Origin: Candidatus Hydrogenedentota bacterium
GTDB lineage: Bacteria; Hydrogenedentota; Hydrogenedentia; Hydrogenedentales; SLHB01
Direction of reading: 5' to 3'
Length of the DNA: 64,000 nucleotides
Assembly: GCA_963674865.2 (NCBI GenBank)
Contig: CAXXYE010000001.1
Location: 32,001-96,000, forward strand
Made by a program: the position numbers and the translations under genes. The notes beneath the pieces are model-generated. The model did not search any database, was not told the DNA's origin, and saw only the letters and a list, made by a program, of their open reading frames with translations. Of the stretch, positions 27,682 to 37,700 are shown one piece after another (the first letter of the stretch is position 1; every line of letters begins with the position of its first letter).

Positions 27682-28502
27682 ATCTGCACCTCCACACGCA
27701 CTATTCCGATGGTGTTGACCCGCCCGAACGGGTGGTTGCGCGGGCGTGCGAGGCCGGTTGCGCCGGTATCGCCATCACGGATCACGATACGTTGGCCGGA
27801 CTGGGTGAGGGGGCGCAAGCCGCAGCGGCCGCCGGCCTGGAGTTTCTCCCTGGAACGGAAGTCAGCGCGGTGGCTCAGAACGTGGAAGTGCACGTCATCG
27901 GACTCGGTGTTCAGCCGGATTCCGCCCCTTTGTGCGATGCCTTGGCCGGACTTCGGGAGGGCCGCTCGACGCGCGCGGATGCGATGATCGGAAGGCTCAA
28001 TGAGCTGGGCATGTCCGTCACTCGGGAGCGTGTCGAGGCGCAAACGGGGGATGGAACCATCGGGCGCCTGCACATCGCCAAGGAGGTGCATCGGTTGGGC
28101 CATGTCAAAACCGTCCAGGGAGCGTTTGACGCCTACATCGGCGAGGGGCGCCCCGCCTTTGTGCCGAAAGCTCTCCTGCCGTGCCGCGAGGCGATTGAGG
28201 TGCTTCATCGGGCCGGTGGCCTAGCCATCATGGGCCATCCGGGCATCGGCCGGGTCGAACGGATCTTGGCAGAGCTTCTCGACCTACCCTTCGACGGCAT
28301 CGAGGTCTATCACAGTCAGCACTCGTCGGGCCAGGCCAGCGCCTTCAAGCGCATCGCCGAGGAGCGTGGGCTGCTCATCTCCGGCGGGTCGGACTGCCAC
28401 GGCGGAATCAAAGGCCAGCGCCCCGAGTTGGGCACTGTGCGCGTGCCCTATACGTGCTTTGAGGCCATCAAAGCTGCCCTGATCGCGCGGACGCGTTCGT
28501 AG
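27663..28502 (+). CDS. PHP-domain phosphoesterase (TrpH/YciV-like); start codon non-canonical or damaged
   Basis: An in-frame VDLHLHTHYSDG lies upstream of the first canonical start (GTG 27732). Also ITDHDT, GTEVS, HVIG, GHP, GGSDCHG. Confidence 0.85.
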   Translation, partial: AGNPYVDLHLHTHYSDGVDPPERVVARACEAGCAGIAITDHDTLAGLGEGAQAAAAAGLEFLPGTEVSAVAQNVEVHVIGLGVQPDSAPLCDALAGLREGRSTRADAMIGRLNELGMSVTRERVEAQTGDGTIGRLHIAKEVHRLGHVKTVQGAFDAYIGEGRPAFVPKALLPCREAIEVLHRAGGLAIMGHPGIGRVERILAELLDLPFDGIEVYHSQHSSGQASAFKRIAEERGLLISGGSDCHGGIKGQRPELGTVRVPYTCFEAIKAALIARTRS

Positions 28503-28749
28503 GCCCGAAGGCGGTGCCGCAATCGCCGGATAGCTCAGCGGCGCCGCGCACACGGCGCTTGGATGTGACGCCGTCTCACGAAAGCGATTTACCGGATGGG
28601 GGAGGCCAGCCTTCTCGACGGCGTCTTTGTTCCCAATGACTTGAGGCGCGGCACAATCGGAAACGGGCCACCGGGGGCGGCGGTTTTCGTTTGTCCGATC
28701 CAAGGTGTTTTCGCTAAGATGCACTCTCTCTTGAAGAGGCGGCGGCTTT

Positions 28750-29886
28750 GTGGAGGAATCAGCGGTGAAAGCTTCTCATATGCTCTTTGTTTTCCCATGT
28801 TTGGCAGTTGCGGCGTCTGCCGATTCGCCCGCGTTTCAGGATAGCGTGTTGGCGCACGGCGGGCGGGTTGATTTCGTTTTCGGTGATGAAAGGTCCTTCA
28901 AGGAGTGTCACGCCTCGACGGTTGTTCAAGCCGGCGACGGCACGTTGCTGTGCGCGTGGTTCGCTGGGACGCGCGAGAGCGACCCGGATGTGGGCATTTG
29001 GATGGCCCGCTTTGCCGATGGTAAGTGGTCAGAACCTACGCTGGCGGCGAAGGTTAACGAAACGGCCCATTGGAATCCCGTTCTGTTCCGCGATCCGGCC
29101 CGTGGCCTGTATCTCTTCTTCAAGGTTGGCCCGAAGATCCCCTACTGGCAGACCTACTGGATGCACTCCACCGATGACGGCGCCACGTGGACGGAGCCCG
29201 TCGAACTTGTCCCCGGCGATAAGGGGGGCCGCGGGCCTGTACGGAACCAGCCTATCATCCTGTCAGGCGGCGCGTGGCTTGCCCCGGCCTCCACGGAGTT
29301 AGGCAGTTGGAAGCCTTTTGTCGACCGCTCTGAGGATGGTGGGGCGACCTGGCAACGCAGCGAGGACTTCGCCATGGGCTCCGCCGTTGAGGATGACGAT
29401 GCGTCGGACGAGATATCCGAGGCGGGCGCCTCGGGAACGTGGTCGGTGGCCATCACGCCGTCCACCGGCGCCATTCAGCCTACGCTGTGGGAATCCGAGC
29501 CCGGTAAGGTCCACGCGCTGCTCCGGACTACCGCGGGCTGCGTCGGGCGCGCCGACTCCGAGGACGGCGGCAAGACGTGGACGCCCATGCGCGCAACCAA
29601 GCTGCCCAACAACAACAGCGGCATCGATGCACAGCGCCTGGAGGATGGCCGGGTCCTTCTTGTCTACAATCCCGTTGCCGAGAACTGGGGACCTCGCAGT
29701 CCTCTGAACCTCGCCGTTTCGGACGACGACGGCGACACCTGGCGCGATATCGCCAGCCTCGAGGATGAGGAAGGCGGGGAGTTCTCCTATCCGTGCATTA
29801 CGCGTACGCGAGAGGGCATTGCCATCAGCTACACATGGAAGCGGCAGCGGGTGCGGTGCTGGCAGATTCCGCTCGAAGCGCTGTAG
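28750..29886 (+). CDS. Secreted sialidase-like BNR/Asp-box protein
   Basis: Signal peptide, CHAST, WFAGTRE, HWNPVL, Asp boxes (STDDGATW, SEDGGATW, SEDGGKTW, SDDDGDTW), PNNNSG, FSYP. Exact start uncertain. Confidence 0.85.
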   Translation: MEESAVKASHMLFVFPCLAVAASADSPAFQDSVLAHGGRVDFVFGDERSFKECHASTVVQAGDGTLLCAWFAGTRESDPDVGIWMARFADGKWSEPTLAAKVNETAHWNPVLFRDPARGLYLFFKVGPKIPYWQTYWMHSTDDGATWTEPVELVPGDKGGRGPVRNQPIILSGGAWLAPASTELGSWKPFVDRSEDGGATWQRSEDFAMGSAVEDDDASDEISEAGASGTWSVAITPSTGAIQPTLWESEPGKVHALLRTTAGCVGRADSEDGGKTWTPMRATKLPNNNSGIDAQRLEDGRVLLVYNPVAENWGPRSPLNLAVSDDDGDTWRDIASLEDEEGGEFSYPCITRTREGIAISYTWKRQRVRCWQIPLEAL

Positions 29887-29904
29887 AGTGGCTCGGGCTT
29901 ATGC

Positions 29905-30378
29905 TCACTCCGTTAGGCTTGTGCGGATGCGTTCGAGCATGGCGATGAGCCGCGTGAGCTGACTCGTGTTCAGCGGGCCCATAATGGAGCGGACGTTCTC
30001 GCGGTAGGCCTTTTCGACATCTCTGAGGAGCTTCTCGCCGTTGGCCGTCAGGCGGACGATGTGGCAGCGCCGATCGCCCGGAGCGGCTGTTCGCTTGACG
30101 AGATCAGCCTTCTCCATGCGGTCGATGAGCGTCGTTATATTTGCCCGGTTCACCAGCATCATACGGCTTAGATCGACTTGAGTCAGGCCGCCGCCCTCGG
30201 GACTCTGATACCAGAGCAGCATCATGAGGTTGAACTGGACGTCGGTGAGCCCGTACGCCCTGAAGAACTCCGTGGCCGCCTTCTTGATGCAGGACGATGT
30301 GAAGTAGATGTTCAGCAGCGCTTCATGCTCGAGCGTATGAAAGCCCTCGCGCAAGCCGAGTTCGTCTTTAAGAGCCAT
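29905..30378 (-). CDS. MarR family transcriptional regulator
   Basis: GLTDVQFNL, NITTLIDRME, DRR, LTANG. ATG 30378 follows SD GGAGG. Confidence 0.92.
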   Translation of the reverse strand: MALKDELGLREGFHTLEHEALLNIYFTSSCIKKAATEFFRAYGLTDVQFNLMMLLWYQSPEGGGLTQVDLSRMMLVNRANITTLIDRMEKADLVKRTAAPGDRRCHIVRLTANGEKLLRDVEKAYRENVRSIMGPLNTSQLTRLIAMLERIRTSLTE

Positions 30379-30401
30379 GGGAACCTCCTGGCACTTCGTT
30401 A

Positions 30402-30438
30402 ATGTATAAACTATACATGAGGCACGCGTAATTGTCAA
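30402..30438 (-). promoter_or_regulatory. marR promoter with overlapping palindromic operator
   Basis: TTGACA (30438-30433), 17 bp, TATAGT (30415-30410). Inverted repeat ATGTATA-aac-TATACAT at 30402-30418. Confidence 0.75.
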
Positions 30439-30467
30439 TGCGGCGTCCTCATCCGAGGAGAATAGCT

Positions 30468-31394
30468 ATGATTTGGGCCAATCTTGTCCATCTTGGCTAC
30501 AACATGTGGAATGATCGTGTTGTGCCGCCGCCCAGTGTGCCGCGGCTGGATGCGAAGCCGTATCTCCGGTTTGACGATTCACTCTGGAGAGAACTGGTGC
30601 GAACAATGATCGAGGCGGGCCTGAACATGGTGGTCCTGGATCTCGGCGACGGCGTCCGCTACGAGTCACATCCCGAGCTTGCGGTTCAGGGCGCATGGCC
30701 GGCGGCACGCTTGCGTGAGGAACTGGCTCTGCTACGCGGGAAGGGATTGGAGCCGATGCCCAAGCTCAACTTTTCGGCGAGTCACGATGTCTGGCTTGGG
30801 CCTTATGCGCGGCAAGTGTCGACGGAGACGTACTACGAGGTCTGTCGCGATTTGATCAACGAAGTCATCGCGTTGTTCGATGGGCCGCGGTTCTTCCATC
30901 TGGGCATGGACGAGGAAGCGGCGGAACACCAGCGATATTGCGAGTATGTCGTCGTGCGCCAGCATGATCTGTGGTGGCATGACCTGAACACACTTCTTGG
31001 CGCGGTCGAGCAGGGCGGGGCAAGGCCCTGGGTGTGGGCCGACTACCTGTGGCGCCACGCGGACACCTTCCTGGAGCGTATGCCGAAGTCCGTTCTCCAG
31101 AGCAATTGGTACTACGAGGATGTCTTCGACGCCGAGGTGAAGGAACTCACGGCTTGCGACACATTGAATGAGCATAGGTATGATCAGATTCCCGCGGGGA
31201 GCAACTACTCCTATCCCGACAACTTCGAGCGATTGGTTGCCTACTGCACGGAACGCCTAGACGCCGGCCGCCTCATAGGTTTTCTTCAGACCACGTGGGC
31301 GCCGACCCTTGAGGAATACCGCCGACAGCATGTCGAAGCCATCGAGCAGGTGGCGCGGGCGCGCGCATGGTGGGAGGCACACTCGATAGCCTAG
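30468..31394 (+). CDS. GH20-like TIM-barrel glycoside hydrolase, uncharacterised
   Basis: ATG 30468 follows GAGGAG. YESHPEL, PKLNFSASH, FHLGMDEE (H-x-G-x-D-E catalytic pair), WAD, WYY. Confidence 0.65.
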   Translation: MIWANLVHLGYNMWNDRVVPPPSVPRLDAKPYLRFDDSLWRELVRTMIEAGLNMVVLDLGDGVRYESHPELAVQGAWPAARLREELALLRGKGLEPMPKLNFSASHDVWLGPYARQVSTETYYEVCRDLINEVIALFDGPRFFHLGMDEEAAEHQRYCEYVVVRQHDLWWHDLNTLLGAVEQGGARPWVWADYLWRHADTFLERMPKSVLQSNWYYEDVFDAEVKELTACDTLNEHRYDQIPAGSNYSYPDNFERLVAYCTERLDAGRLIGFLQTTWAPTLEEYRRQHVEAIEQVARARAWWEAHSIA

Positions 31395-31411
31395 GCTCCG
31401 GCAGGCCTTGC

Positions 31412-32887
31412 CTACCAACTGCAAACCACGTGAGGCTCCAGTGGCCCCGCGGCCGCATAGGTTCGCAGTAACTCCTCCATCAATTGATCGCGCCGGCCGC
31501 GGATGTGGACTTCGTGGAAGAGATTATTGAACTCGCAGGGATCCGCTTCGAGATCGTAGAGTTCGCCATCCTGTTGGCCCGGCCACCAAGTAATGCGGTA
31601 CGCCTCGCTGTGAAGGCTCATGTGGCGGAAGAGCGGCGATGCCTTGGACCACCCGCAGGAGAATGCCGCCTCGTGTATACGCTCCCGGTGTCCTGTCAGC
31701 GCAGGGATGAAGCTCCTGCCTTGCACTCTATCTGGGACGCCGACTTCGGCCAGCTCCATCAAGGTAGGCATCACGTCGGTGTTGCTCATGGGAGCGGCTG
31801 TAACGCCGGGACGGACACCCGGCGCCCGCAGAACGAACGGCACGCGTAATAGCGACGCAAAGGGCAATTGGCCCTTATGGAGCAGCCCGTGGTCGCCCAG
31901 GAGGTCGCCGTGATCGCTCGTGAAACAAATGATGGTATTGTCGGCAAGTCCAAGTTCCTCGACGGCACCGAGGATGCGTCCCACCGCATGATCGATAAGG
32001 GCCACCATGGCATAGGTGTTCTGGATGATCTCGTGAAGGTGTCTGCCCTCCGGCCGTTTGCTTGCCCCGCCATCCGTCGGAAACAGGTTCTCGTTCATCA
32101 GCCGGCGATAATGCTCTGGCCTGGTTTCGTGCTCGCCTTCCCGATAGCGCGGCTCGGGCAATTTCACGCCGTCAAACATCTCCGCGTATGCCGCCGGGGG
32201 CGTCCATGGATGATGCGGGTCGGGGAATCCACCGAACAGGAAGAACGGCTTGTCCGCGTCAGCGTTCTCCAAGTACTTGATGATCTCATCAGCCACGTAG
32301 CTGGAGTGATGCCACTCTGGAGGCAGGTTGGAGCGGTAGACTCCCGGGAATTCGGGCTTCTCCCCATTTGGCCGCGTCATTGAGAAGGCCTCCGGATGGT
32401 TGGCTGCGAGCCAACGCCCATAATGGCCGCGTTCGGGACTCGCTGCGCCTTCACCGTGTCCGAGCACGAGAGCCACGCGCTTGAAGCCGTAGTAGGGGCC
32501 GTCCCATCCATCAAAACATCCGTCCTTCCACGCCGCCAGGGACTCGCCATGCCGGAGGCCGGCGGGGCTTAGGTAAGGCGTAAGGTGCAGCTTGCCCGCC
32601 GCGAACGTGTCGTAACCTCTATCGGCGAAGGCTTGGGCAAGCGTCAATTCCCGCTCGTCCAGAGGAATGCCATTGTCGATGACGCCATGAGCGGGAAGAT
32701 GCCGTCCGGTCAGGAGCGATGCCCGGCTGGGCATACACACGGGATTGCTCGCATAGTGGTGCTCGAAACGCACGCCTTCACTGGCCAGGCGGTCGAGGTT
32801 GGGTGTTCTTGCGGCCGCGTTTCCGTAACAGCCGAGGCCGTCACCACGCTGCTGATCCGAATGAAGCAAGATGACGTTTTTCGGCAT
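31412..32887 (-). CDS. Cys-type sulfatase, cytoplasmic
   Basis: NVILLHSDQQR, CMPSRASLLTG (C-x-P-x-R), GKLH, DPHHP, SDHGD, HKG, ELYDLEADP. Confidence 0.93.
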   Translation of the reverse strand: MPKNVILLHSDQQRGDGLGCYGNAAARTPNLDRLASEGVRFEHHYASNPVCMPSRASLLTGRHLPAHGVIDNGIPLDERELTLAQAFADRGYDTFAAGKLHLTPYLSPAGLRHGESLAAWKDGCFDGWDGPYYGFKRVALVLGHGEGAASPERGHYGRWLAANHPEAFSMTRPNGEKPEFPGVYRSNLPPEWHHSSYVADEIIKYLENADADKPFFLFGGFPDPHHPWTPPAAYAEMFDGVKLPEPRYREGEHETRPEHYRRLMNENLFPTDGGASKRPEGRHLHEIIQNTYAMVALIDHAVGRILGAVEELGLADNTIICFTSDHGDLLGDHGLLHKGQLPFASLLRVPFVLRAPGVRPGVTAAPMSNTDVMPTLMELAEVGVPDRVQGRSFIPALTGHRERIHEAAFSCGWSKASPLFRHMSLHSEAYRITWWPGQQDGELYDLEADPCEFNNLFHEVHIRGRRDQLMEELLRTYAAAGPLEPHVVCSW

Positions 32888-32921
32888 CAACGTTTCTTTC
32901 CTTCGCGCAACGTTGGGCGCG

Positions 32922-33467
32922 TCACAACTTAATCCAGTACCGCGAGACAGGCTTCTTCGAGTGGAAGGATACCGTCTCGTCCTTGAAGCGGCCACCGTTC
33001 TTCTTGATAATCCGCGCCGAGGCAACATTGTCCGTGTCGCACGTGATCATCACGCGGCGCAGGCCGTGCTCCCGCAGTCTATCGAGAGCCAGGGCCAGCA
33101 GGCGTGTTCCGTATCCTTTACGGCGCTCGGAGGGCCTGACTTTGTAGCCGATGTGGCCGCCCTCGTTTTCGAGAAAGGGCGTCAGCCGCCAGCGAATGTA
33201 GACGGTGCCAACGAGTGTCTTCTGCTCCCGGACGAGCCAGTAGGTATTCATAGGCACGCGATCCGCCGGACTCCGTACCCCCTGGGCGATTTCCTCGAGA
33301 CGCGCCAGATAACGCTCAAAGTCCTTTCCCGGCAGAAGCATGTTCGACGGCTCGTAGCGCTCACCGACGGCAGTGTATTCATCGACCATGGCCCAGAAAT
33401 CCGACTCAAACGCGGGCGATGGCGCCGCAAGCTCAAGTCGCTCGTGATTTCCCGTGTCCGTGTTCAA
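32922..33467 (-). CDS. GNAT family N-acetyltransferase
   Basis: GGHIGYKVRPSERRKGYG and NVASARIIKKNGG. Probable TTG start at 33467 overlaps the upstream TGA (TTGA). Confidence 0.88.
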   Translation of the reverse strand: MNTDTGNHERLELAAPSPAFESDFWAMVDEYTAVGERYEPSNMLLPGKDFERYLARLEEIAQGVRSPADRVPMNTYWLVREQKTLVGTVYIRWRLTPFLENEGGHIGYKVRPSERRKGYGTRLLALALDRLREHGLRRVMITCDTDNVASARIIKKNGGRFKDETVSFHSKKPVSRYWIKL

Positions 33468-34717
33468 CTTCCTGGCCCCTTCGGGCGTTGTTGGCCGGCA
33501 TGCAAGCCGTTGGAAGTCTGAGCGCCGGTGTTGTCCGGCTCGTCGTATGTTCCAAATTCCTCTGCTGCGCGGCGCAACGCCTGGAGGTTTTCCCGCCTGC
33601 TGCCGCGAGGCAAGGCGCAACCGGAGCCCAGCACGAAGCCGCCGTTCCGCCCCGCGCCCTCAATGCAACGCCGGGCTTCCTCTACGAGTTCTTCCGGTGT
33701 GCGATCGACAAATGAGAGCGTGTGAACGCCCCCCATGAGTCCGACACTCGGGCCTGCGGCTTCCCGTGCCTGATGGCATGTGAAGTTTCCGAGCGGATCC
33801 AGCGGGCCGATGCAGTCGATGCCTGCCTCGATGAGATCGCCTATGATGGGCAGGCTGTTTCCGCAAATATGACAATAGATGCGCACGCCCGAACCACCAT
33901 ACGTGTGCAGTGCGTCGCAGACGGCCTTCATGTGTGGCGCGACAAAGGCTCGCCACATGGCGGGCGAGATGACGCTCATGTTGGCCACGGAATCGTTGAG
34001 TCGCAGTATGCGTATCCCCTGGTCGATGTGGAACTTGCCCTTTTCGATGGCAATGGCAACGCCCTTCTCCATTGCTGCCTGGGCCAATCCGGGACGTTCG
34101 ATGAGATCGAGTAGGGCGTTGTCCATGTGTCGCAGGACTACGTACCAGGCCAGCGTCGCCGAGCCGCAGTCGCCGAGGAGCGCCACATGAGCGTCGGCCT
34201 GCTTCATCACGTCCCGTTGAAAAGCACCGTAGCCGGCCGCTTCGTAGAATGACTTGTCAGGAACCGCGATCTTGCGGACGTCCGTCCTATCCAATACCAG
34301 AGGTCGCCGCCTCGCCACAAAACTTAGACAGGCTATTTGGGCGGGATCGTCAAGCCGGACGTGTTGCTCGTTTGCCAGCCGCGTGGCCAGTCCCCCCTGC
34401 CAATCGATCGTGCCAATGACGTCGCCGCTCGCGTCGACCTCGAGCATTGCTCCGTCTCTTTCGCGGATGCGGCGCTTCGGGAAGTGGAACAGGCGCGCTC
34501 CATCGGCGCCGACTTGGCGGGCCGCATCCACCACGATCCGCATGGCAAGATGAGGGTCCTCTAGCGCCCGTTTGAGCGGTGTTTCCGTCAGCGCCGAGGC
34601 CAAGTCCACCCAGATTTTGGGCAGCACCGGCACGCGATCAGGCGTCGCCCCCGACACGGCCTTGTAGAAGCGCTCCTCAGCTGTCACTTCCCTCCGCTTC
34701 GCGCCCTCCCAAGGCAT
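33464..34717 (-). CDS. UroD/MtaA-CmuA superfamily protein (methylcobamide methyltransferase-like)
   Basis: PDRVPV, ISPAMWRAFVAP, HICG, LMGGV, GFVLGSGC. ATG 34717 follows AGGAGG. Confidence 0.8.
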   Translation of the reverse strand: MPWEGAKRREVTAEERFYKAVSGATPDRVPVLPKIWVDLASALTETPLKRALEDPHLAMRIVVDAARQVGADGARLFHFPKRRIRERDGAMLEVDASGDVIGTIDWQGGLATRLANEQHVRLDDPAQIACLSFVARRRPLVLDRTDVRKIAVPDKSFYEAAGYGAFQRDVMKQADAHVALLGDCGSATLAWYVVLRHMDNALLDLIERPGLAQAAMEKGVAIAIEKGKFHIDQGIRILRLNDSVANMSVISPAMWRAFVAPHMKAVCDALHTYGGSGVRIYCHICGNSLPIIGDLIEAGIDCIGPLDPLGNFTCHQAREAAGPSVGLMGGVHTLSFVDRTPEELVEEARRCIEGAGRNGGFVLGSGCALPRGSRRENLQALRRAAEEFGTYDEPDNTGAQTSNGLHAGQQRPKGPGS

Positions 34718-34788
34718 CGTACGTGTCCTCCTGGGATCCGTCCCCGTATACACGGCATGTCGTACATTATCACTGCGTTCTCATAAGG

Positions 34789-37700
34789 TTATCCAGATTC
34801 TCCTTTGAGGATACTCGCGCCCATCAAGCCGAAGGCCACATCGTTCGCGATGGCTTCGAAAGTGACGGACGCAAGCTCAACGCCCAGCCGAAGATCAAAG
34901 GGGACAAGGTGAGCGATAGTGTCCACGGCGACAGGTAGGCTCTCACCGCGTGTCTCACAGGTGCCTGCCGGGCCGTTGCGCCCGCCGATATTCTCAAATC
35001 CGTTGGCGGGCGTATCGAAGTAAGTCCCGCACCAGGTGCTCCAGCAATCGCCGATGCCAAAGGGATTGACAAGGCCGCGCGCGTCTTCCGCCCCGTCGGC
35101 ATATCGAAGCGTTACGCGCAGGTTGATCACGTGGCTCTGGTTCGGGTGGGTTACGCCGCTCACCATGAGGTACAGGATTGTGCCTCGTGCTCCCGCCGGG
35201 AACGTGATCTTAGGTGGAAACGCGTGGTTGTGCAGAGAGACAACAGCGATGTTGTCGCCCTCTCTTGGGGACTTGAACGGGATTCCGTCGGCGGCCCAGG
35301 CCACGCCGTCCACACCGATCTTCGCCCGCCATGCTTCATCGCAGGGCGGACTCATCCGGGCGGTGAGGTGGTTCCTCCAATAATCGAATCCGACTTGACT
35401 ATAGGACATCTCTGGTGCGATCGCACCGTCGGCCGCCTTTTGGGGAGCGTTGGGGACTTCGGCGTTATAGAGGCCTCCCAGATCAAACATGATCCAAGGC
35501 TCGAGGATGCCTGACGGTGTGTCCGGAGCCTTCCAGACGTTCCGAGTCATCGGTTCGCGGGGGGCAACGCTCACGCGTACCGGGAGCCATCGGGGACAGT
35601 CCGGCCTTTTTTCCGACACGAACAGCAGTCCCGGGCCGGCCGCCCCTTGTGTGCGCCCCACAAGACGGTCCCCCTCGACTCGCGCCTCCGCCAACAGGCA
35701 CTGTGGATCCAGCCATTTGTCAATGACGACGCCCGGCACGGCCATGTCCGCGACCTCGCTCGCGGTGAACATGACAGGTTCCGGTTGGAAAGGCGTTTCC
35801 GGAACAAACGCGACGCTGAAGTTCCCCTCGGTGGCCGAGGGGGCCTCCGCCTCGAGCCATGTCAGGCCGACGCCCTCCCTCAGCCTGAAATCACTTTTCC
35901 TGCGGTTGACATTCATGCTGGACACTTCGGTGGCCCGAAGCGGTAGCGTAAGACGCACGCCTGTCTTGACGGGGGAGCGCCATTCGATCTCGATGCGTCC
36001 CTCACTTCGCTTGAACGTGAAGGCGAAGTGGGGCGTTTCGATTGATACTCCGTCCCAGTCCTCGGGAAGTTGAGGCGCCAGCGTGACAATTCTATTCAGG
36101 CGGTCGACGCGGATTCCAAACAAGCCTTCGGCGACGGCTCGCACCCACATGCTTTCCGCGTCAGCGAATTCGTCGTTGCCTCGCTGCGTGCCATCGACGA
36201 AGGCGTGACAGGCCAGTCCGCCGGGCGTTGGCCCATTGAACATCCCCGAAAACGTCGAACGTATCAAGGCATAGGCCACGTCGCCGCGTCCGGCAAACAG
36301 GTTCATTTCCGCGAAGTTGAGTTCCTCCGCGTACGCCATCTCGTGCGTGCTGTGAGTATACGAGCGGCCATGGTTCGGGAACCAATCCGAACTCCAATAC
36401 TGCAAGCCGCCGCCGGGCGTGCGCTCCTGCTTGAGGTGCCCATCGGCCCAGTTAAGCATCAAATACACCTGGAGCGCATCAGCGGCGCCAAACTCGGCGG
36501 CATGATACAGGCTCGGCAATTCGGGCTCCCTGTGAAGAAGCCGGTTTCCGCGCGTGTCGCGATACTCGGCGAATGTTCCTTTCCGTGTCTGCCAGAGCGT
36601 CTCCTGGAGGGCGTTTCGGATTGCCTTGGCTCCCTCCCTGAAAGGTTCGGGATCCTTGCCAAGATGTCCCGCGATGTTCGCCACGAATTCGTACGCGCGC
36701 AACATGTACGCGGACGACTGAGTGCAATGGCCGAGAATGCTCCAATGGGCATCGCTGATCCACGTGTTGAGCGCGTTCTCGTACAGAGGGACCTCAGTCG
36801 GGCGTAGGCGGCGGTTCTCCCGATCGAGCATGCCCTCGAGTACCGGAAAGATATCCTCCATCAGGACGAGATCGCCGGTGTAATCGAAATAGTGCCGCGT
36901 CATGTCGATGAAGACTTCGTTCATGTTGTATCCGAACGAAGGATTCTCGAGCATGCTGCCTATGCCGCCGCGATCCGGGCCCTCCGTGATCCGTCCCAGT
37001 TGGCAGTGCCTCATGATGGACTGTCTGACGCGCTCTGTCCAACCACAACAGACAGGGCCGTAGAGGATGCGCCAGCCAAGGTACGCCTGACGCCAAGACC
37101 AGCCGCCGTGAACGTATGCTTGGGAGGCCCACAGACTGTCGTTGGCGAAGGCCATCATCGTTGCCGCGGCATTGAGATGCGCGTCGGGCGTGCGGAGCAC
37201 AAACCTTCCGGCGATCGATGCGTTTCGAGCGTGCGCGCTCCTCCATGCCTGGTTGGGGTGGGCAATGGCCGCCTCGATGTTGTTTCCCATGCCGACGGTA
37301 ACGAACGTGTCGATAACGCCTTGAGACAGGGCCGCGTGTCCGACAACGACACAACCTGCTTTCGAGTGGGGCCCATCGTTCTCGTCCGGTTCGACCGCGG
37401 CAAGCAGGGCGCCTGGCGCTTTCTCGAACGTCTCCGCAGCCGCGAATCCCAGCGAACCGGATGTGGAGCAGCCCCCTCGCACGGTTGCCTGCCATGTCTT
37501 GAGGAATTCTCTCGGAAACGTCCACTCCTGCATGACTCTATCGGAATCGTCAAAGGCCCGCTGCAGCTCGAACGTGTTTTCTGAGATGACGTATGTATTC
37601 TTAGCGCACTGCTCCGGGGAGAAGCCGAACTCTGGTGCGCCGAAATCATAGTTGGTGAAGAAGGCCGATGCGCCCCCATATGCCCAAACGAGACGCGCAC

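Noticed and set aside
28524..28600. CGCCGGATAGCTCAGCGG resembles a tRNA 5' end
   Set aside because: No D-stem closure, anticodon arm, GTTCRA T-loop or matching acceptor strand follows.
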